From: the human T2T-CHM13v2.0 reference genome, Homo sapiens | Direction of reading: 5' to 3' | DNA: 64,000 nt | NCBI GenBank assembly: GCA_009914755.4 | Contig: CP068257.2 | Coordinates: 44,128,001-44,192,000, forward strand | Shown here: piece after piece, positions 12,111 to 24,650 of the stretch | Position numbering within the stretch: position 1 is the first letter of the stretch | How the letters are laid out: each line of letters starts with the position of its first letter | The notes under the pieces: model-generated | What the model saw: only the letters and a program-made list of their open reading frames with translations | The model's database searches: none | What the model was told of the DNA's origin: nothing | Made by a program: the position numbers and the translations under genes

Positions 12111-13339
12111 AAGAATATGGAAAGTAAATGAAATTTTGATCATTTCTTCTCATGATTACAGTTCCTCTAGACTTTATCTAAAGCTATTTTGAAGCCAAAT
12201 ATAATTTTTTATTCATATTTCCTTTTCTTTTTAGACTATCGTTTTACAATTTTTAATCTCTTGTTTCATTGAGTTTTTCTTTTCCTTCTTGTCTCTGAAA
12301 GCACATAGCAGGCCATTGACTAAAATAACCTGTTTCTTTTTGTGCATATTTCTGAACATGCATTCTTCTACCTTCTGCTGTGTTGTTGTGTTTTTCTTCA
12401 TGTGGCAGAGATTTTTTTATGGCTTCTGTGTTTCTTTCTTTCTGTTTGCTGCTCCCTGAAGGAGAAGTCAGTGCTGGTCTTGCCTTCTTCCCAGCGTGCA
12501 TGTATGGACATTTTCTGCTGTGAGCCCTCATTTTTCACCGGGATCTCCTTTAAGGTTATTCGGACCCTGAGCTGGATGTGAAAGTAGCAGGAGGCAGAGC
12601 CATCAGCTTCATGCAATGTGTGCACACCAGTTCTGGGTCCCCCCCAGCCTTGTGGGGTGCTGAAAGGGGGCTTGGTGGCCTCTGGTCCCATGTGGCACCC
12701 TGTGTGGCTGGGGCCAGCCTCTGCAGCCATGTATCCCCAGCATCTCCCTCACCCACTGCCTCCATGGCACACTGCTTTTCAGGAAGGGCAGGAGAGGGGC
12801 CTCTAGAACCCGCTGCCCATGCCGTCACATGGGAGCTTGCGGAGGGCCCTGCATCTGTGCTTTCCAGTGGTTTGTTTTCCTGATTTCTTCAATCAATTCA
12901 GTGGAAATTTGGGAAAGATGGAGTGTAAACATGTGTGCCTGAATCACCTGTCTCCCTTAGCCAGTCCTCATGTCCTGGCCGGAAGGCCTGCTCTTCCTTC
13001 CCCCTGGCTCAGCCAGGGGTCTGCATTGCTGTCCATTGATAGAATTGTTGGTGCTTTATGATCCAGCTGCTCTTGTTGCCTTGAACCAGGATTTGAATAT
13101 TGTAACATTAAGTTTTTTGCATGTTTATGTCCAGTAGATTATGTATTTTGAGACTAGACAGTGGGCTAATTAATATTCCACACGGGGTCCCATGGGACGC
13201 ATGTTCATGATGAGGTCACTAAAGTTCTGTCTCAAGCACATGGTGGGCGTTCAGTAAAGACTTAGAGATTTCGGTTGACCAGACATTTAGCATTAATTAG
13301 CAGTTTAGTGTGGTGGGTGACTGAAAAGTAAATGTAAGC

Positions 13340-13895
13340 TTTGAGCATTTTCAGAGCATCATTTTGTCTAAAATTAATCAGTATATTTCACCGTCTTAAC
13401 AAACTAAAAACGAAAAACAGTATCATTTTAGAATATGCAGTGAGATCATTTGACAAAATGCAACACTCCTTTCAGATACAAACGTTCAAGAAACTGACAA
13501 TAGAAGGAATCTTCCTCAGATGCATGGTATTTATGAAAAATCTAGAGCTAACCTCGTATTTGATGGCGCAAGACTGAATACTTTCCCCTAAGATGAGGAG
13601 TAAGGCAAGGAAACCTGCTCTCATCTCTTCTATTCAGTATTTTACTGGAGGTTCTAGCAAGTTCAATAGTCAAGAAAGAGGCATTGGAATTGAAAAAGAA
13701 GAAGTAAAACTGTCTTTCCTCTCAGTCAGCATGTTTGACCCTATAGTACCTACTGCAGAATCAAAACAAAGCTCCTGAACTAATGAGTAAGTTTATCAAG
13801 GCTGCAGGATGTAAGATCAGCATACAAAAATCAATTGTATATCTGTATACCAGCAACAAATAATTAAATATTAAAGTAAATTATTAGTTTTTTGT
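13340..13895 (+). mobile_element. Ancient L1M ORF2 (RT region) fragment, 5' flank of a nested insertion
   Basis: ...gaaactgacaatagaaggaatcttcctcagatgcatggtatttatgaaaaatctagagctaacctcgtatttgatggcgcaagactgaatactttcccc...ggaattgaaaaagaagaagtaaaactgtc...caattgtatatctgtataccagcaac is collinear with L1 ORF2 around the FADDM motif. Continues at 21502. Confidence 0.6.
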
Positions 13896-16024
13896 TAACC
13901 TATTTATTTAATTATACAAATTTATGGGACACGTGAAATTTTGTTACATGTGTATAATGTGTAGTGATCAAGTCAGGATATTTAAGGTGTCCATCACCTG
14001 AATACAATATAGTTTTGTTAAATACATTCACCCTACTCTGATATTATTGGGTTTATTCCATCTATCTTACTGAAGGTTTGTAATCCACTTCCTTTCCTCT
14101 TCATCCTCTCCCCTAACCCCCATTCACCCTTCCTAGTCTCTAGTATTTATCTTTCCATTGTGTACCTCCATGTGATCAAATTTTTTAGCTTCTACATATA
14201 GGTGAGAACATAAGATATTTGTCTTTTTGTGCCTGGCTTATTTCACTTAAGGTAATGACTTTGAGTTCCATCCTTGTTGCTGCAACTGACATGGTTTTAT
14301 TCTTTTTTAAGGCTGCATAGTATTCCTTTGTGTATATATACTACATCTTCTCTATCCATTCACCCTTTGATCAATACTTAGGTTGATTCCATATCTTATT
14401 ATTGTGAATAGTACTGCAATAAACATAGGAGTGCAGGTACTACTTTGATATACTGATTTTATTTCCTTTGGGTAGATACCCAGTAGTGGGATTGCTTGAT
14501 TTAATGGTAATTTTATTTTTAGTTTTTTTGAAAAATCTCTGTACTGTTTTCCATAGTGGCTGTACTCGTTTACATTCCCACCAATGATATATAAGTATTT
14601 TCTTTTTCCTGCATCCTCACCAACACCTGTTATTTTTTTATTATGGCCATTCTATTTTTAATAACAGCCATTCTGAATGGTTCAAGATGACATCTCATTG
14701 TGGTTTTGATTTGCGTTTCTCTGGTGATTAATTATGTTGAACATTTTTTTCACATACTTCTTGGCTGTTTGTGTGTCTTCTTTTAAGAAATGTCTATTAA
14801 GGTCCTTTGTTCACTTTTTAGTGGGACTATTTGTTTTTTTCCCTTTTGATTGAGTTCCCTTTATATTCTGGATGTTAGTCCTCTGTCAGAAGAATAATTT
14901 GCAAATATTTTCTCCCTATTCAACAGGTTGTCTTTTCACTCTGCTGATTGTTTTCTTTGCTGTGCAGAAGCTTTTTAATTTAATATAGTTCCATTTGTCT
15001 ATTTTTGTTTTTGTTGCCTATGCTTTTGCGGTCTTAGTCATAAATTCTTTGCCTAGACCAATGTCCGGGAGAGTTTTCCCTAGGTTTTCTTCTAGTATTT
15101 TTATAGTTCCATGTCTTACATTTAAGTATTTTTATAGTTTCAGGTCTTACAGTTAAGTATTTTTATAGTTTCAGGTCTTACATTTTAAGTATTTAATCCA
15201 TTTTGAATTGATTTTTGTGTATGGTGAGAGATAAGGTCGAATTTTATTCTTCTGCATGTGGCTATCCAATTTTTTCCACCACCGTTTATTGAAGAGGGTG
15301 TCCTTTTCCCCCAGTGTAAGTTCTTGTCAGCTTTGTTGAAGATTATGTTGAACATTTTTTCACATACTTCTTGGCTGTTTGTGTGTCTTCTTTTAAGAAA
15401 TGTCTATTCATGTCCTTTGTTCACTTTTTAATGGGACTATTAAACCAGAAGCTTTGTGGTTTTATTTCTGGGTTCTCTATTCTGCTCCAGTGATCTCTGT
15501 GTCTATTTTTATATAAGTGCCATACTGTTCTGGTTACTGTACCCTTGTTATATATTTTGAAGTCAGATAATGTAATGCCTCCAGCTTTGTTCTTTTTGCT
15601 CAGGATTGCTTTAGCTATTTGTGCCCTTTTTTGGTTCCATATGGATTTTAGAATTTTTTTTTCTAATTCTGTGAATGAGGTTGGTATTTTGATAGGGCTT
15701 GCATTGAATCTGTAGATTGCTTTGGGCAATATGGTCATTTTAATGATATTAATTCTTCGTATCCACGAACATGGGATGCTTTTCCATTTGTGTCATCTTC
15801 AATTTCTTTCATCAGCACTTTGTAGTTTTCCTTATAGAAATCTTTCCTTTCCTTGGTTAAATTTATTCCTAGGTATTTTGTGTAGCTGTTGTAAATGTGA
15901 TTGTCTTCTTGATTTCTTTCTTGACTAGATCACTATTGGTGTGTGGAAATGCTGCTGATTTTGTATGTTGATTTTGTATCCTGCAACTTACTGAATTCAT
16001 TTATCACATCTAAAAGTTTTATGG

Positions 16025-16314
16025 GGCCGGGCGTGGTGGCTCACACCTGTAATCCTAGCACTTTGGGAAGCTGAAGTGGGCAGATCACAAGGTCAAGAGA
16101 TTGAGATCATCCTGGCCAACATGGTGAAACTCCATATCTACTAAAAAAAAATGCAAAAATTAGCTGGGCGTGGTGGTGCGTGCCTGTAATCCCAGCTACT
16201 CGGGAGGCTGAGGCAGGAGAGTCCCTTGAACCTGTGAACCGAGATTGCGCCACTGCACTCCAGCCTGGCGACAGAGCAAGACTCCATCTCAAAAAAAAAA
16301 AAAAGAAAAAAAAG
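16025..16314 (+). mobile_element. Alu SINE inserted in the L1
   Basis: ggccgggcgtggtggctcacacctgtaatcctagcactttgggaagc ... gagcaagactccatctc(a)n. Confidence 0.9.
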
Positions 16315-17317
16315 TCTTTTTGGTGGAGACTTTAGTTTTTTCTGGATAAAATTATATCATCAGCAAAGAAGGACAATTTGACTTCCTCTTTTTCAACTTG
16401 GTTTCCTTTTATTTATTTCTCTTTCCTGGCTGCTCTGGCTAGGACTTCCAGTATTATGTTGAATAGGAGTGGTGAAAGTACGTATCTTTATCTTCTTCTA
16501 ATTCTTAGAGAGAACACTCTTAGCTTTTCTCTAGTATTATGTTGGTTGTGGCTTTGTCATATATGGCTTCATTATTTTGAGGTATGTTACCACTATGCTT
16601 AGTTTGTTGAGAGTTTTTATCATGAGGAGATGTTGAATTTTATCAAATGCATTTTTGCATTTATTGAGATGGCCATATGGTTTTTATCACTCACTCTGTT
16701 ATGTGATATATCATGTTTATTGATTTCTGTATGTTAAACCATACTTGTATTCCTGGTATAAATCTCACTTGATTATGGTGTATTATTTTTCTGATGTGCT
16801 GTTGGATTTGGTTTGCTAACATTTTGTTGAGCATTATTGTGTCTGTGTTCATCAGGGATATTGGCCTGTAGTTTTATTTTGTTGTATTCTTGTCTGGTTT
16901 TGGTGTCAGGGTAATGCTGCCCTTGTAGAATGAATTAGGAAGATTTCCCTTCTCTTTGATATTTTGGAGTAGTTTCTGGAGGATTAGTATTAGTTTTTCT
17001 TTGTACTTTTGGTAGAATTCTGCTGTGAATTCACCTGGACCTGGACTTTTCTGTATTGGGAGGCTTTTACTACTGATTCAGTCTCACTATTCCTTATTAG
17101 TCTGTTCAGGATTTTTATTTCCTCCTGACTCAGTCTTGGCAGGTTGTATACTTCCAGGAGTTTATCCATTTCTTCCAGGTTTTCTAGTTTGTGAGTATAT
17201 AGCTTTTTTTTTTTATAATAGTCTCTGATGATCTTTTGTATTTCTGTGGTATCAGTTTAATTAATGCCTCCTTATTCATTTCTGATTTTGTTTTCTTTGG
17301 TTCTTCTCTCTTCTTTT

Positions 17318-17620
17318 TTATTTAAAAAAATTTTTAGAAACAGGGTCTCACTCTGTTACCCAGGCTGGAGTGCAGTGGCATGATCACAGCTCACTGCAGC
17401 CTCAAACCCCTGGGTCAAGCAGTCCACCAGCCTCAGCTTCCCAAGTAGCTAGGACTACAGATGGGTACCACCACTCCTGGCTAACTTTTTAAATTTTTCT
17501 TTAGAGATAAGGTCTTGCTATGTTGCCCAGACTGGTCTTGAACTCCTGGCCTTAAGCAGTCTTCCCACACTGCAGCTCTCAAAGTGCTGGGATTATAGGC
17601 ATGAACCACTGTGCCCAGCC
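17318..17620 (-). mobile_element. Alu SINE inserted in the L1 (antisense)
   Basis: ...gaaacagggtctcactctgttacccaggctggagtgcagtggcatgatcacagctcactgcagcc ... gctgggattataggcatgaaccactgtgcccagcc. A likely TSD ttcttctttt is on both sides. Confidence 0.9.
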
Positions 17621-20600
17621 TTCTTCTTTTCTTGGTTAGTCTAGCTAGTGGTTTATCAATTTTGTTTATCTTTTTGAAAAGCCAAGTTTTTGTTTCATTC
17701 ATCCTTTGTATTATTTTTCTGGTCTGTATGCCATTTAGTTCTCCTCTGATTTTTATTATTTCTTCTCTTCTGCTAATTTGGGGTTCAGTTTGTTTTTGCA
17801 CTTCCAGTTCCTTGAGATGCATTATTAGACTGTTAATTTGTAAGCTGTCTGCTTTTTTCAGGTAGGCATTTATTGCTATAAAATTCCCTCTTAGCTCTGC
17901 TTTTGCTGTATCACACAGGTTTTCGTATGTTGTGTTATTTTCATTTGTTTCAAGGATTTTTTTTATTTTCATTTTTTCTTTATTGACCCAGGAACATACT
18001 GAATTTCCATCTATTTGTGTAGTTTCCAAAGTTCCTGTTGGTATTGATTTCTGGTTTTATTCTGTTGTGGTCTAAGAAGATAGTTGATATATGATTTTTA
18101 AAAATTTTTTGAGACTTGTTTTGTAGTCTGTCCTGGAGAATGTTCCTTTCATGTGCTGATGAAAATGAATATTCTGAAGTTGTTGGGTAGAGTGTTCTGT
18201 AAATGTCTGTTAGGTCTATTTGGTCTGAAGTCCAATTTAAATCTAATGTTTCTTTGTTGATTTTCTCTCTAGAGTGAAAATCACTCTCTGAGAGTGGGGT
18301 GTTGAAGTCCCCCACTGTTTTTGTACTTGAGTCTCTCTCTCTCCCACTGTTTTTGTACTTGAGTCTCTCTTTCTCTCTCTCTCTCTCTCTCTGTCTGTCT
18401 CCCTCTTTAGATCTAGTAATGTTTGCTTTATGAATCTTGATGCTCTGGTGTTGGGTATATATATATATATTTAGAATTGTTATATCCTCTTCCTGGATTG
18501 ATCCATTTATCATTATTTAATGACTTTGTCTTTTACCTTTCTTGACTTAAAGTCTATTTTATCTGATATAACTGTAGCTTCTGGTCACTTTTGGTTTCCA
18601 ATTTGTACAAAATATTTTTTTCCATCCCTTTAATTTCGGTTCATATGTGTCTTTACTGACAAGGCTAGTTTCTCGTAAGCAGCATTTAGTTGGATCATGT
18701 TTTTAAAATATATTCAGCCGTTCTGTTTCTGGAGCATTTAACCTGTTTGCATTTGAGGCGATTATATGACAGGTTTGTTTCTGTCGTATGGTTGTTTTCT
18801 TGCTTTATGTATTCTTTGTTTCTTTTTCTCTTATTAATTTGGGTGGATTTTTCTAGTGGTACCATTTAAGCCATTTCTGTTCCTTCTTTGTGTGATGCTT
18901 TACCACTGAGTTATGTTTTCATGTATTTTCATGTTGGTAAATGTCATCTTTGTACTTCCAGGTTTAGGACTCCCTTGAGCATTTCGTGTAGGGATGATGT
19001 AGTGGTAACAAATTCCCTCAGCATTTGCTTGTCTTGAAAGGACTTTATTTACAAAGCATAATTTTGCTGGATATAGTCTTCTTGGATGGCAGGTTTTTTT
19101 GTTTTTTGTTTTTTTCCCCCATTACTTTGAATATATCATCCCATTCTCTTCTGGCCTGTAAGGTTTCTGCCCAGAAATTTGCTGTCAGTCTGAAGGGATT
19201 TCCTTTATAGATGACTAGATGCTTTTCTCTTGATGTTTTTAGGATTTGCTCTTTATCTTTGGCTTTAGAGATTTTGACATAATATGCTACAGAGAAGACC
19301 TTTTTGCATTGCGTCTGCCTGGGAATCACTGAACATTCTTTATCTAAATGTCTAAATCTTCTGCTAGACTTGAAAAGTTTTCATCTATTATTTCATTAAA
19401 TAGGTTTTCTAGTTCTGCCTTTATCTCTTCACCCTTGGGGATACTGATATTTAGAATATTCTATCACTTTATGTTGTTCCAAATGTCATAAAGGATTTCC
19501 ATATTCTTTTTTATCTTTATTTTTATCTGACTGGATTATTTCCAAGGACTTGTCTTCAAGTACAGAGATTCTTTCTTCTGCCTGATTTAGCCTATTGTTG
19601 AAGCTTTCAAATGTATTTTGTATCTCCTTCAATGAATCTTCAGTTCTAGAATTTGTTTTTTTTTTAAGTATTTGTCCCTTTCATAAATTTCCCATTTATA
19701 TAATGAATTCTTTTTCTGATTTCTTTGTATTATTTTTCAGAATTCTCTTGTATCTCACTGAGCTTCCTTAAAATCAATATTTTGAATTCTTTATTTGGGA
19801 TTTCAAAAATTTCTTTTTGATTAAGATCTATTATTGATGGAGAATTATTGTGTTCCTTTGGGGAGGGCCTTTTTTTTTTTTTTGGTTTCTCATGTTTCTT
19901 GTGTTCATACTTTGATGTCTGTTCTGCACTTCTAGTATAATAGTTGCTTCTTCCTATTTTTGAATTCACTTCATAGGGAGGACTTTTTCCTGAAGATGAA
20001 TCTGTCATGTTGGTTGGGATATTCTGGGTTTGATTCTGGGTGCATGCAGTAGTGAAGTCTCTGTATGATATCTTTGTCTGTAAACAGCATTGGTGGTGTC
20101 TGTGATTTCTTCAGTAGGTTAGGGTGCAGTTAGTAGTGGAGCTGTGCTGAAGTTGTGCTGGGGACTGGGATGCCAGGTGAGCCAGACTTAAGGCCCCACT
20201 AGAGGCAGCATTGGATTGAGCGTGCCCATCTTTATGTCCCAGGGTGGCATATCCTGGCACCTATGCTGGTGGTTACCAGTAGGCCGATTATTGGGCCTCC
20301 ATGTGTCTTGCTTGGATACTGGTAATAGCAGCAGTGGACCAAGCTGGTGGGTGGGTTCTTGCGCCCCTGGGAAACTGGCATGGGCGATGACAATAGCAGT
20401 GGTGGGATGATACTCTGGGTCCTAGGCAATGTACATTTATGTTGGTGGTGGCTGTGATGAGCAGGGAGGGCCAGTCGTCAGATCCACAGGTGGTACTTGC
20501 AGGTAGGTGCCAGCTGAGGTGATAGCAGCTGGGAGATGAGACCCAAACTCAAGCCCCTGGAAGGAGTGCTAAGGCACCCACAATGGTGGATTGGGTTGGG

Positions 20601-21501
20601 CAATGCCTGGGACCCTGGGCTACATGCTCTGTCTTGGAATAGGGTAAGAGGGTGAAATTGGGCTGGGTGGGCTTGTGTTCAAGCAAGACCCCCCAGTAGT
20701 GAGGGCAGGTACCAGCTTTGGTTGGCAGGGGTGGGTCGATCCTCAGGCCCCAGGTGGAGTGCTGGGTGAAGAGTGGGAGCAGCTGCACTGATCCCTGCCA
20801 CTGGAGCAGGTGGGTCCATCCTTGGTGGCCAAAGCCTGGGTTGATGGATAGGGAATGCACACCCCTCTCAGCTCCCAGTCCCCACAGGGCTTGCCCCCCA
20901 GCCCTGGTGGCAGTAGGCTGTGCCTCACTTGGTTCTTATCCTCAGCTGTGGGAGCACTCCCAGCTTGTTCCCCAGTCCCAGCAGCGACAGCCTGAGTTTC
21001 CATAATGCCTCAGTAGCTGTTGGGCCCTAGGACATCACGCAGTCTGCCAAAGGCTAGGTTTGAAAATGGTGCCTTGCTGTAGCCACTGAGGTCTCAGGGA
21101 GTTGTAGGACCCAGCATGAGCTCCCTCCCTGAAGCAGCTCTGTCCCACAGTCTCCTGGCATCTCCTGATGTTATTTTCAGGGCTGGCGAGGGTTGAGGGA
21201 GTCTCCCATGGCCAGAATTGCATGATTTCTTGGTGGGGATGTGGGCCACTGGAAGTTTCTCACTCAGCCTTTCCTTGTGTTGGGAAGTCACTCTTGGCTC
21301 CTGACCAATCCCAGCCAGGCAGGCTCCCCCTCTTCCTTTTCCTTAACTCGCTTTTGGTATTTCCTGTTACTTCTCTGTTGAATTCACATTCTCTCTTGGG
21401 TAATGTATTCAGAAAGTGACTGTACATTCTTTTGGTTCTTCAAAGTGGAGGAGGTGGGCATAAATTGCATCTCGTCATCCATCTTGAAGCTCCTCTCCAT
21501 G

Positions 21502-22250
21502 AAAAAAATATTATTTTTAATAACATTAGAAATCTAAGTTGGACAAGAGATGTTCAACACTTGAACACGTAAAACTACAAAATATTGCCAACAGAAATTG
21601 TTGAAGATAAATACATTGAGAGATATACCATGTTCGTTGTTAAGATGACTCAATATTGTTAAGATGTTAATTCTCCCCATGTTGATCTATAGAATCAATG
21701 AACTCCCAATCAAAGTCCCAGAAGGCTTTTCATAGACATTTGACTATAACAGTACTTGGTTTTATGACTTATTATAGGCTGCAATAGTCAATGCAGTGTG
21801 GTATTGCTGTTAAGATAGACAAGTAGATCAGTGGATCAGAATAGAAAGTCTGGAAATAGGCCTGCACAAACGTGGCCAATTAATTTTCAACAACAGCGCC
21901 CAGGCAAATTAGTGGGAAAAGGCATAGCTTTTTAAACAAATGGTCCTGGAATAATTGTATATCCATGTGAAAAAAAAATCCTATACTTTTTGTCATTTAT
22001 AAAAATTACAGTAGATCAGGAATTTCAATCTCTAAAACTCAAAAATATATAATTTCTTGGAGAAAACGTGAGGCGTTCTTTGTGACCGTGTGATCTTGCG
22101 TGAGGCAATGTTTTCCTAGTTATGACTTTCAAAGCATTCGTCTCAAAATACACACATTTATACACTGGGCTTCATAAAATTAAAAAATTTCTGCTCTTCA
22201 AGATACACTGTTGTGATTTTTTCCTCTGATTTGATATTGAAGTCTCTCTC
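21502..22250 (+). mobile_element. Ancient L1M ORF2 continuation (3' flank of the nested insertion)
   Basis: aaactacaaaatattgccaacagaaattgttgaagataaatacattgagagatataccatgttcgttgttaagatgactcaatattgttaagatgttaattctccccatgttgatctatagaatcaatgaactcccaatcaaagtcccagaaggctttt is collinear with L1 ORF2 downstream of the 13340-13895 piece. Confidence 0.55.
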
Positions 22251-22299
22251 TGGAAAGAGGTTATAAATTCTAGTTATGATCTGATGGGGCTCCAAGGTC

Positions 22300-23040
22300 A
22301 TAGATGTTTACAGTATACTTTAATGGGATTCTTCTTTATCCTGACAGGCAGTCTAATGCCTACTTAGGCACCTGGTCCAACCTGTGACGAGGTGTCCCTT
22401 TCACGTGAAACTTGTTTATGCTGGCTGATGTCCTTGTGGCCCTTGTCTGACTGTGTCTAGTTTATTCTTGCCAGGGTGGCCACTCTCTAAGAGAGGCCTG
22501 ATCAGGACAGGAGAGTTGGGTCTGGGTGTGTGGCTCGGGTGAAACACACAGGAGACAGCACAGCAGAGCATGAAGCAATGGAAGCATTTGTATTAAGTAA
22601 TATGATCTCAGAGAGAAGAGGACAGCCATGCAGGGCCAGTAGGCAGTGGAAAGCCATGTGGGACATGTGCACTCAACCAGCAGGTGGGGAGCAAGAGAGA
22701 GAGAGAGCCAGGGACCGATGCGCCAACACTTTTATTGGAGTCTAGGGCATTACTCAAGCTGGTTTCCTGCAGGGAATTTTAGTTTGTGGGTTTAGATCAA
22801 GCAGCCACAAGCTCCGTGGGATCACACTGACTGAGAAGGTGTCAGTGGGGTACATCTGGGCAGTCATTTGGGCTGTGGGGGTAAGTGGGGGAATCAAGTA
22901 GGTTGTGTCTAGCTGTCCCACAGGAAGGTGATCACCAGGAGGCTGTGGTGTAAGGCAGATATCTGATCAACCACCTTGAGGACCCGGGAGGAGGTAGAGA
23001 ACTGGAAAGTTTGTCAAGGATGACCAAGCCCTGCTCCTGG
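22300..23040 (-). mobile_element. Possible solo LTR interrupting the L1M (unclassified; weak call)
   Basis: The segment is flanked by L1M sequence on both sides. Its antisense strand carries ccaataaaagtgttggcgcatcggtccctggctctctctc (AATAAA-like signal followed by a CA-rich R/U5-like stretch). Confidence 0.25.
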
Positions 23041-23720
23041 TATAAGAAAGTCCAACCTATATTCAGAATGGATTCTGAGGCAACATAATATTATAAAAAT
23101 TCACTACATTCTCTTACATGGGTAAGAGAATGGAAAAACAAGCCACAGACTGGGAAAAACATTTGCAAATCACATATCTAATGTATCTAACATGTGTAAA
23201 GAACTCTTAAAATGCAGTACTAAGGAAATAAAGAACAAACAAAAATGGCTGCAAGATTTGAACATCCATTTCACAAACGAAGACATGTGACTGGCATATA
23301 AGTACATAAATAGATGCTCAGCGTCATTGTCATCAAGGAAATGTGAATGAGAACCACGATGAGAAACCACTCGGTGTAACTGACCATACTAAGTATGGGC
23401 AAGGATGGGAAGCATCTTTCATATACTGTTGGTGGGAATGGGAAATGGTACAGTTACTTTGGAAACATTTTGGCAATCAAACCAAGAGCTTATTAAATAC
23501 GTACCTACCAACATCCCACTAGAAGGTATTTCCCCAAGAGGAGTGAAAGCATATTTCCATACACCTTTGAACAGGAACATCTGTAGCAATTTGTTCATAT
23601 TGCAAATGTCTATCCATACTTGAATGGCTATACAAATTGTTGTACATCTATATAATGGAATACTGAGTGAAGTGTATCCATATAGGTGTGTACATATGTT
23701 AAAACATTTCAATTTGCATA
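23040..23720 (+). mobile_element. Ancient L1M ORF2 C-terminal region
   Basis: atttgcaaatcacatatctaatg...aacatccatttcacaaacgaagacatgtgactggcatataagtacataaatagatgctcagcgtcattgtcatcaaggaaatg...actgttggtgggaatgggaaatggtacagttactttggaaacattttggcaatc...atggaatactgagtgaagtg matches the L1 ORF2 C-terminus. Confidence 0.55.
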
Positions 23721-23729
23721 TTTACAATA

Positions 23730-23960
23730 TGTACATTTTATTATATGTCAGTTACCTGGCAACCACTCACTTGCCTTCTGACGCTACAGAATTTACTTTC
23801 ACTGAAAGTTTATATAAATGGAAATGCACAATATATATACTTACGATTTTTGGTCTGGCTATTCTTACTCATCATAACTCTCAAGATTCGTCAGTGCCGT
23901 TATGTGTATCAGTAGTTCATTCAGTATTCCATTATATATCTCAAAGCTGATTTTTTTTTC
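23730..23960 (-). mobile_element. L1M 3'UTR fragment (antisense)
   Basis: cctggcaaccactcacttgcc...tttatataaatggaaatgcacaatatatatacttacgatttttggtctggctattcttactcatcataactctcaagattcgtcagtgccgttatgtgtatcagtagttcattcagtattccattatatatc resembles the antisense L1M 3'UTR. Confidence 0.4.
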
Positions 23961-24099
23961 CCCCAAAGAAAGCAGCATTCCTTTTTGGAGCAAGATAACA
24001 TTGTCCATAGTCTCAATTATTTTTTAACCATGATGTTCAGTACTCAGTAAAAAATTTTGAAGCATGCTAAAACAAGAACAGTAAGTGAAAGACGAGATA

Positions 24100-24650
24100 A
24101 AAACGTGAGAAATAGACCCAGAGATGATTTGTATAATTGCATTACCAGATAAGAACTTTGAAATATCTAAGATTAGTATGTTTTTTAAAAAAGAGAAACA
24201 GACAGAAAAATATATGAAAAGATGGAGAATTTCAAGTGGAATCATCTATAATAAGAATCAAATGGACATTTTAGAATTGAAACATATAGGATCTGAAATT
24301 AATAATTTACTAGACGTGCCTAACAGAAGACTGAACACAGTAGAAAACAGGCACAGTGCATTGGGAGGCAGTTCAGTGCAGTCAGTCTGTGTTGAAGCAC
24401 AACAGAAAAAAGGATGGAGTCATTCAAGGTAGAATGCAAGAGGCCTGCAGGATGGAGTCAATGGTCAAATGTCATGTAATGAGCATCCCAGGAAGTAGGG
24501 GATCAGAAAAATATTTGAAGACATAAAGATCAGAGATTTTTCTAAAGCATCAAAAGACATTTATATTCAAATTCATGAAACAGCCTACCCTGAAATGAAC
24601 AAATTAAAAAAGCAAGCAAACAAGCAAGCAAACTTTTCACATCTGGGCAT
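24100..24650 (+). mobile_element. Ancient L1 ORF1-like fragment
   Basis: gaattgaaacatataggatctgaaattaataatttactagacgtgcctaacagaagactgaacacagtagaaaacagg...gatcagaaaaatatttgaagacataaagatcagagatttttc resembles L1 ORF1 (..gagaaaatatttgaagagataatagttgaaaacttccc..). Confidence 0.4.

Larger units (their letters stand above)
13896..21501 (-). mobile_element. Near full-length older primate L1 (L1PB / old-L1PA-like), ~7.0 kb excluding two nested Alus. Contains antisense 3'UTR, decayed ORF2 and ORF1, and a long 5'UTR with ~150-bp internal repeats (20050-21500).
   Basis: Antisense L1 3' end at 13900-14700 (tgtgcctggcttatttcacttaaggtaatgac..., ggctgcatagtattcctttgtgtatatatac, attgtgaatagtactgcaataaacatagg, cccagtagtgggattgcttg). 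Minus-strand ORFs in the track translate as L1 ORF2 (15421-15738 ...[25 protein letters not shown]...; 17980-18513 endonuclease-region GDFNTPLS...; 17481-18029) and as ORF1 (19045-19329, 19730-20008). All are stop-interrupted. Confidence 0.7.

Noticed and set aside
15421-20008. Minus-strand ORFs with L1 ORF1/ORF2 similarity (105-182 aa)
   Set aside because: Decayed coding remnants of the nested L1, interrupted by stops and by two Alu insertions. Not functional genes.
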